Origin: Armatimonadota bacterium
Lineage (GTDB): Bacteria > Armatimonadota > Hebobacteria > CAIYQO01
DNA length: 64,000 nucleotides
Assembly (NCBI GenBank): GCA_038248345.1
Contig: JBBRXO010000002.1
Coordinates: 22,681-86,680, forward strand
Reading direction: 5' to 3'
Shown: in pieces, positions 58,300 to 64,000 of the stretch
Numbering within the stretch: position 1 is the first letter of the stretch
How the letters are laid out: the number at the start of each line of letters is the position of its first letter
Notes under the pieces: model-generated
Told to the model about the DNA's origin: nothing
Databases searched by the model: none
What the model saw: only the letters and a program-made list of their open reading frames with translations
Program-made: the position numbers and the translations under genes

Positions 58300-60387
58300 A
58301 TGAAGTCTACAGTTGCCCTGGCGTTCTTTGTGCTCTTCGCCACCACGCTGGTGGTGGGGGCGGAGCCGCCGTATGACATCCCCAAACTGGATAACATCAC
58401 CATCGACGGCAAGGGGGACGACTGGGGGGAGCGGGGCTTCCGGGTCGCTGCCTTCATCAATACCGACGCCCCGGCGAACCGCACTACCCCGGGCAGCGTG
58501 TTGCGTATCGGGTGGGATAAAGACGGGTTGCTGGCGCTGATAACGGTGGCCGACGACAACATCATTGAAGGTGACAAACGAATTTTTGACGGTGCCTCAG
58601 TAGAGATGCTCTGCGCTGTCGATACCGGGTCACCCGATCTCTACTACACTGGCATCACCCCCGGATTAGATCCGAAGCACCCGAACTTACGGCAACAATT
58701 CATTGATCTGCGGAATACACCGAGATTAAAAAAACTTGATGTTGATGTGGTCGCACAACCAAGAGCGGGCGGCTACAATGTTGAACTGCGGCTCCCCTGG
58801 GCGAACCTGGGGATGACGGCTGCGGAAGGCAAACTGACCGCCTTTACCTTGTGGTTCAACAGCAAGGATACCCCCGAAACTACCCGCACCCGGAGCATCT
58901 GGTCGCCGTACCAGTGGTCATATGACAGCAACAAACTGCACCGTCTACGCTTGAGTCGCGAGGCCAGCAATCCGGTCGCGTTAGCGGTAAGCGCCGATTA
59001 TTACCGCTTGCATCATATGCGGGTGGAGATCAACAGCGGAAGCGAACTCGCCGGAAAAACAGTTACCATTCTGGAGGGTGAGACTGCCCTAGGCACCTGT
59101 AAATTGGCAACTTCAGACGGGGGGGCCTCCACTCTGGTGGAAATACCGCTACCGCCGTATGGCGCCAACTACGCTAAACTTACGGCAAAAACCGATGATG
59201 ACAACGTCGTTAGCTTCACAGTCCCCGACATTCAAACCGCACGTGCTGCCGCCCTGACCAGTCTGGCGGTTCGCCCGAAATATTACGTCTCGGATGCCGA
59301 TACATTCCCCGCAATCGACTTTGAACTCCCATTTGCCGCCGAAGATTTAATTGGAGATTATCAGCTGCGGGTGAGCTATTACGATAAAAATTATCATCTG
59401 GTGACTAAGCCCGGCAAACCAGGTCGCTACGGTGCAGTAGTTGAGATTATCGGGAAAAATGGCGACGTTACGTATCGGTTCATCACCCTGTACCACACTG
59501 CCCAACCCGTCAAATGGGATAATATCAAAATTGAATTGAACTCACCCTTGCCGGATGCGCTGGGGATCGACCCGGACGTTGTCACCGCGCAGAGTAAGCA
59601 ACTGAATACTTACCTTCGTATCTACGTCACCCGACAACTGGCCGACAGCGAGAAAAGCTCTATAATCTTCGCCGGTTTGCAGGAGACGAAGACAGGCGCC
59701 ACGAAGCAGGATACTATCACCAACCCCCGTGAAATGAACACCGCCTGGTGGTTCGGGCTGAAGAAGAAATTAGCGCTGTTGGAGCACAAATACCGCGTCT
59801 TTCTTCCCCATAACTATGGCGTAGACACAACACAAAAATACCCGCTGATCCTCTTTCTGCATGGCTCCGGCCAGCGCGGCGACAATCTGGCTACCGCCCA
59901 GCAATACGGGCCACAACATTACCTCGCTACCCACCAGGAGCTGCCATTCATCACGGTGGTGCCGCAATGCCCCTTGGATCAGTGGTGGTACAGTGAGGAT
60001 ATCATCGACTTACTGGACGAAATTCTGGCCAAGTACCCCGTCGATATCGGCCGCGTGATCCTCACTGGTCTGAGCATGGGCGGCTTCGGCACCTGGCGTA
60101 CCGCTGCGTTGCACCCGGAACGATTCGCAGCCATCGCCCCCATCTGTGGCGGTGGGCAACCGCTGCTTGCCCCCGCCATGAAGAACCTGCCCGTCTGGGT
60201 TTTCCATGGTGGCCGCGACACCACCGTACCATTGGCGCGCAGCCAGGAGATGGTAGACGCACTGAAGAAAGCCGGCGGCAATGTAAAATTCACCATCTTC
60301 CCGGAGGACGGCCATGATTCCTGGACAGATACCTACAACACCCCGGAGCTGTACACGTGGTTTCTGGCGCAACGGCGGGGGAAATAA
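58300..60387 (+). CDS. Secreted CBM9-like domain + alpha/beta-hydrolase esterase
   Basis: ITIDGKGDDW, YNVELRLPW; YPLILFLHGSG, GLSMGG, WVFHGGRD, GHDSW. Confidence 0.82.
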   Translation: MKSTVALAFFVLFATTLVVGAEPPYDIPKLDNITIDGKGDDWGERGFRVAAFINTDAPANRTTPGSVLRIGWDKDGLLALITVADDNIIEGDKRIFDGASVEMLCAVDTGSPDLYYTGITPGLDPKHPNLRQQFIDLRNTPRLKKLDVDVVAQPRAGGYNVELRLPWANLGMTAAEGKLTAFTLWFNSKDTPETTRTRSIWSPYQWSYDSNKLHRLRLSREASNPVALAVSADYYRLHHMRVEINSGSELAGKTVTILEGETALGTCKLATSDGGASTLVEIPLPPYGANYAKLTAKTDDDNVVSFTVPDIQTARAAALTSLAVRPKYYVSDADTFPAIDFELPFAAEDLIGDYQLRVSYYDKNYHLVTKPGKPGRYGAVVEIIGKNGDVTYRFITLYHTAQPVKWDNIKIELNSPLPDALGIDPDVVTAQSKQLNTYLRIYVTRQLADSEKSSIIFAGLQETKTGATKQDTITNPREMNTAWWFGLKKKLALLEHKYRVFLPHNYGVDTTQKYPLILFLHGSGQRGDNLATAQQYGPQHYLATHQELPFITVVPQCPLDQWWYSEDIIDLLDEILAKYPVDIGRVILTGLSMGGFGTWRTAALHPERFAAIAPICGGGQPLLAPAMKNLPVWVFHGGRDTTVPLARSQEMVDALKKAGGNVKFTIFPEDGHDSWTDTYNTPELYTWFLAQRRGK

Positions 60388-60405
60388 AGCTAACCAAAAA
60401 ATAAA

Positions 60406-60435
60406 GCGGCCGCGATCTGAAAGATCAACGGCCGC
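60406..60435. terminator. Hairpin between convergent genes
   Basis: GCGGCCG-CGATCTGAAAGATCAA-CGGCCGC with upstream A-run. Confidence 0.55.
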
Positions 60436-60450
60436 CTGTACCCTCTTCTC

Positions 60451-61731
60451 CTATTTCACCGGAATAGACGCCTTCATAACTTTGAAGATATCGGTGTTAT
60501 CAACGACCTGCACTGTCCCCAGCAGGAAGTCAGTATTCTTCTTAGCGTACTTATCGAATAACTCGGAACCCTCGCCCATGGTGTAAAGGTCTACTATGCG
60601 GTTGGTGTGTCCACCCCATCCTTTGCCATCGTTGCCCCATTTTACCAGCGGAAGTTTATTTGCTTCTGTGGGTTGCACATCATTCAGGTATCCAGTGTCG
60701 TGGTCGGCTGTGATAATCAGCAGATTCTGCTCCCAACCGCCGTTTTGGGCAATCCAATCTATCGTAGCGGCAATGGCCTCATCAAATGCCAGCACCTCAC
60801 CAATGGTGCCGTCCAGATTGTTGCCGTGAGCGATCTTATCGATATTACCGCCCTCTATCATCACTATAAATCCGGCAGGATTGTTCAATGTGCTCAAGGT
60901 GGCCTGTGTCATCTCTTTCAATGTCGGCTGATTGGGGTCAGCACTTTTACCATCAGCATTGCGTGGTTTCAACGGACTATCGCCGTGCACCAAGCCCAAA
61001 ATCCTACCCGGCGCCGGCTTTGTAATCAGTTGCTGAAAATCTGCTCTACTCTCCATGTAAGTGTATCCGGTTTTTCCGGCCAGCACACCATCCCAGTTTT
61101 CTTTAGAGATATTTTTAAATGCCGTCTCCAACGGTGTATTGCCCAGCCCACCGGTACCCATCAGTACATCGGGTTGCGTCACATTAAACATCTCCTGCGA
61201 TATCTCTTTTGCATTACCACGACCGCCATTATGTGCGGAGAAACCAGCTGGGGTTGCATCGTAAAAATATACGCTTGTGACAACACCAGTCTTTTTTCCC
61301 ATTTTGCGTGCATACTCGGTGATTATTTCCACCGGTTTCTTGTCGGTATCTACACTCACATAGCCATCATTAGTTTTAACACCAGTGGCCATTGCCGTGG
61401 CGGCGGCGGCGCTGTCAGTTGCTCCATTTTTTACATATGCAGTATCACCGTTGTTCCAAGTATAATCGTACCCCTTGCCTGACGCGCTGAAGGTGGTCAT
61501 ATAATAGTGCTTACTCAAGGTCTCCAGCGTCAGTTTCTCCTTGCCGCCGAATTTGAAATAGTCGGTACCATATTTGTATGCCCCGGCAGCCGTGACTACA
61601 TCCGGCCCCATGCCATCACCGATCATCAATATGACATTGCGCGGCGAGGCAAACACAAGAGAGGAAGCAAGCGCCAGCAACAAAAGTAGCTGCGCTAACC
61701 GTCCAGATAACTGATATATTTTTTGATTCAT
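60451..61731 (-). CDS. Alkaline phosphatase (PhoA family)
   Basis: NVILMIGDGMG, TDSAAAATAMATGVKT, EGGNIDKIAH, TADHDTG, GGHT; signal peptide. Confidence 0.92.
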   Translation of the reverse strand: MNQKIYQLSGRLAQLLLLLALASSLVFASPRNVILMIGDGMGPDVVTAAGAYKYGTDYFKFGGKEKLTLETLSKHYYMTTFSASGKGYDYTWNNGDTAYVKNGATDSAAAATAMATGVKTNDGYVSVDTDKKPVEIITEYARKMGKKTGVVTSVYFYDATPAGFSAHNGGRGNAKEISQEMFNVTQPDVLMGTGGLGNTPLETAFKNISKENWDGVLAGKTGYTYMESRADFQQLITKPAPGRILGLVHGDSPLKPRNADGKSADPNQPTLKEMTQATLSTLNNPAGFIVMIEGGNIDKIAHGNNLDGTIGEVLAFDEAIAATIDWIAQNGGWEQNLLIITADHDTGYLNDVQPTEANKLPLVKWGNDGKGWGGHTNRIVDLYTMGEGSELFDKYAKKNTDFLLGTVQVVDNTDIFKVMKASIPVK

Positions 61732-61802
61732 CGGAACTCCTCTTTATTGAAATTATACCATAGTTTTTCTCTTGTTTCAAAAACAGTATGTGGAGGAGGT
61801 GA

Positions 61803-61848
61803 TTGCAAAACCTTTTTCTCGCTGGGATTGAAATCCCGGCTGCAGGGC
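61803..61848. repeat. Isolated E module of the composite element
   Basis: TTGCAAAACC..CGCTGGGATTGAAATCCCGGCTGCAGGGC, matching the E module within 15757-15946. Confidence 0.8.
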
Positions 61849-61905
61849 ACTTTTGTCCCAGCATAAATATGGGGTTTTGAAATCACCTTGTGGGAGATGC
61901 CCAGA

Positions 61906-62095
61906 AGTATCTTTTTTAGCGTCCGGCCTATTCGCCCAGCCGTGAACGACTGGGCTAGTGGGCTTCGCCGAACGTCCTTCGGACGGGAACGCTAGTTTTT
62001 AACCGTCCCACCCGAAGGGCGATTGGCCGAAGGCCCTCCAGCCTGGTCGTTCACGGCCAGGCCAGGGAGGTCGGCTTGTCGCTAAAAACGATACT
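61906..62095. mobile_element. Full-length TIR-bounded MITE-like element carrying D hairpins
   Basis: AGTATCTTTTTTAGCG ... CGCTAAAAACGATACT; flanked by TGTGGGAGATGCC direct repeats. Confidence 0.75.
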
Positions 62096-62204
62096 ACTGT
62101 GGGAGATGCCTTTTGGCAGCTACCCCACTTTCATGTTAAACTATGAGTGAACAAAGAAATTATTATTTTCAATCCGCCTTATGGTGAAATAGAGGTATGT
62201 ACAA

Positions 62205-63716
62205 TTGGCAAACGACAAGTTACAGGAATTGATGGATCTGCGTCGCGAAAAAGGCGAGGCACTGACTGCGCTGGGAAAAAACCCCTTTCTGCACACCACC
62301 TACGAGCGCACGCACAACGCCGGGCAGATCCTCGGTGACTTCGAAGCGCACGATGGTGTGACAGTGAAGATTGCCGGGCGGCTGATGGGGCGACGCGGCC
62401 AGGGCAAGGTGACCTTTGCCGATATCCAGGATTTATCTGGGCGCATCCAGGGGTTCTTCCGCATCAATGACCTGGGCGAGGAGCTTTACGGCCTGCTGAA
62501 GCTGGTGGACGTGGGCGATATCCTCGGCGTCGAGGGCTACGTCTTCAAAACGAAGATGGGCGAAATCTCCATCCATGTAACGAAATTCGATATATTGGCC
62601 AAATCCATGCGTCCGCTACCCGACAAGTGGAGCGGTATGAAGGATGTGGAGGCACGCTATCGCCAGCGCTACGTGGACTTGATCATGAACCCGGAGGTGC
62701 GCGACACCTTCATCATGCGCAGTAAAGCCATCAAGTCCATCCGCGCCCTGCTGGATGGCAAGGATTTCCTCGAAGTCGAGACGCCCATGATGCAGTCCAT
62801 CGCCGGTGGCGCTGCCGCGCGCCCCTTCGTCACACATCACAACGCGCTGGATATGGACCTCTTCCTGCGCATCGCCCCGGAGCTATACCTGAAGAGATTG
62901 ATCGTCGGCGGGCTGGAGCGTGTCTACGAGATCAACCGCAACTTTCGCAATGAAGGGATGAGCACCAAGCACAACCCGGAATTCACCATGATGGAGTGCT
63001 ACCAGGCGTACACCAACCTGGATGGCATGATGCGTCTGTGTGAGGAGATATTCACCACCGCCGCCCTGGCCACCCGCGGCACGCTGGAGCTGAACTATCA
63101 GGGGCAAGAGATAAGCCTGGCTACCCCGTGGGAACGCATCAGTCTCTACGACGCGCTGCAAAAATATGGCAACGTCGACACCAGCAAGCTGAATGATTTC
63201 GAATCCGCCAAGGAAGTCTGCATCCAACTGGGCGTACATGTGGATCCGCGCGCCCACCTCTCCACGCTCATCAACAACCTCTTCGAGGAGTTCGTGGAGC
63301 CGAACCTGATTCAGCCGACCTTCATCACCGATTACCCGACGCTGATCTCACCGCTGGCGAAGCGCCGACCGGATAACCCCGATCTCACCGAACGCTTCGA
63401 GATATTTATCTGCGGGCGCGAGCTGGGCAATGCCTTCAGCGAGCTGAATGACCCCATCGACCAGCGCGGACGCTTTGAAGAACAGATGCGCGAAAAGGCC
63501 GCCGGCGACGACGAAGCGCAGCCGATGGACGAAGACTACCTGCGCGCTATGGAGTACGGCATGCCCCCCACCGGCGGGCTGGGCATCGGCATCGACCGGC
63601 TGGTGATGCTGCTGGCCGACGCCGCCAGCATCCGCGACGTCATCCTCTTCCCGCAACTGAAGAAAGAAAGCGTGGATGTGGACGAAGAGATGGATGAGCT
63701 GTACGTAGATATGTGA
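62205..63716 (+). CDS. lysS: Lysine--tRNA ligase (class II)
   Basis: RYRQRYVDL, GGAAARPFVTHHN, RIAPELYLKRL, YGMPPTGGLGIGIDR. Confidence 0.97.
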   Translation: MANDKLQELMDLRREKGEALTALGKNPFLHTTYERTHNAGQILGDFEAHDGVTVKIAGRLMGRRGQGKVTFADIQDLSGRIQGFFRINDLGEELYGLLKLVDVGDILGVEGYVFKTKMGEISIHVTKFDILAKSMRPLPDKWSGMKDVEARYRQRYVDLIMNPEVRDTFIMRSKAIKSIRALLDGKDFLEVETPMMQSIAGGAAARPFVTHHNALDMDLFLRIAPELYLKRLIVGGLERVYEINRNFRNEGMSTKHNPEFTMMECYQAYTNLDGMMRLCEEIFTTAALATRGTLELNYQGQEISLATPWERISLYDALQKYGNVDTSKLNDFESAKEVCIQLGVHVDPRAHLSTLINNLFEEFVEPNLIQPTFITDYPTLISPLAKRRPDNPDLTERFEIFICGRELGNAFSELNDPIDQRGRFEEQMREKAAGDDEAQPMDEDYLRAMEYGMPPTGGLGIGIDRLVMLLADAASIRDVILFPQLKKESVDVDEEMDELYVDM

Positions 63717-63729
63717 GGAGTCGGGCCGC

Positions 63730-64000
63730 ATGGTGCAAGCCCCACATAAACCACAATATGGCGCGCTGGAGATCCTCAAATACATCGGGCCGGGGCTGCT
63801 GGTCACCGTCGGGTTCATCGACCCGGGCAACTGGGCGACTAACGTGGCCGCGGGGGCGCAGTTCGGCTATGCGCTCCTCTGGGTAATCAGCTTATCCACC
63901 GTCATGCTCATCCTGTTGCAGCGCAACGCTGCGCATCTGGGGATAGCCACCGGGCTGTGCCTCTCGGAGGCCAGCACGCGCTACTTCCGCCCGTGGGTGA
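63730..64000 (+). CDS. mntH: Nramp-family divalent metal transporter (partial, runs off window end)
   Basis: Manual translation ...IGPGLLVTVGFIDPGNWATNVAAGAQFGYALLW. Confidence 0.9.
   Translation, partial: MVQAPHKPQYGALEILKYIGPGLLVTVGFIDPGNWATNVAAGAQFGYALLWVISLSTVMLILLQRNAAHLGIATGLCLSEASTRYFRPWV

Overview
Bacterial chromosomal window with about 50 genes, mostly housekeeping and metabolic: hisC; amtB-glnK; iorAB and paaK; dGTPase; NlpC/P60; radA; fhs; ddl-ftsQ-DUF881-DUF1290; YgiQ radical SAM; a VapBC pair; oligoendopeptidase F; a split two-component system around fetAB; an RfaE(II)-GmhA fusion; porin-pstSCAB-phoU; glmM; dtd; ilvC; prfB; a large Ig-domain surface protein; sugar catabolism genes; trmL; alkaline phosphatase; lysS; and a partial Nramp. 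The gene mix (heptose synthesis and porins together with DUF881/DUF1290 and an H-X9-DG prepilin-like gene) suggests a diderm anaerobe, possibly Armatimonadota; this is inference only. I saw no CRISPR array, rRNA, tRNA, reverse transcriptase or intact transposase. The most striking unexplained signal is non-coding. Many intergenic spaces are mosaics of several repeat families: GTAG-REP doublets, a ~190-nt multi-hairpin composite element with compensatory changes, a TIR-bounded MITE, long 9-nt-periodic inverted repeats, and oriented CTTGGAA-type heptamer tracts upstream of seven genes. Other notable items are a yeast-prion-like (GGYNn) tract in a secreted protein, a duplicated leaderless promoter with a coupled uORF shared by the response regulator and kinase, a decayed CLec/FGE gene whose 3' end resembles a DGR variable region, YTAACA Pho-box arrays, and several leaderless genes. 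All coordinates were read by eye, so repeat boundaries may be off by a few nt.
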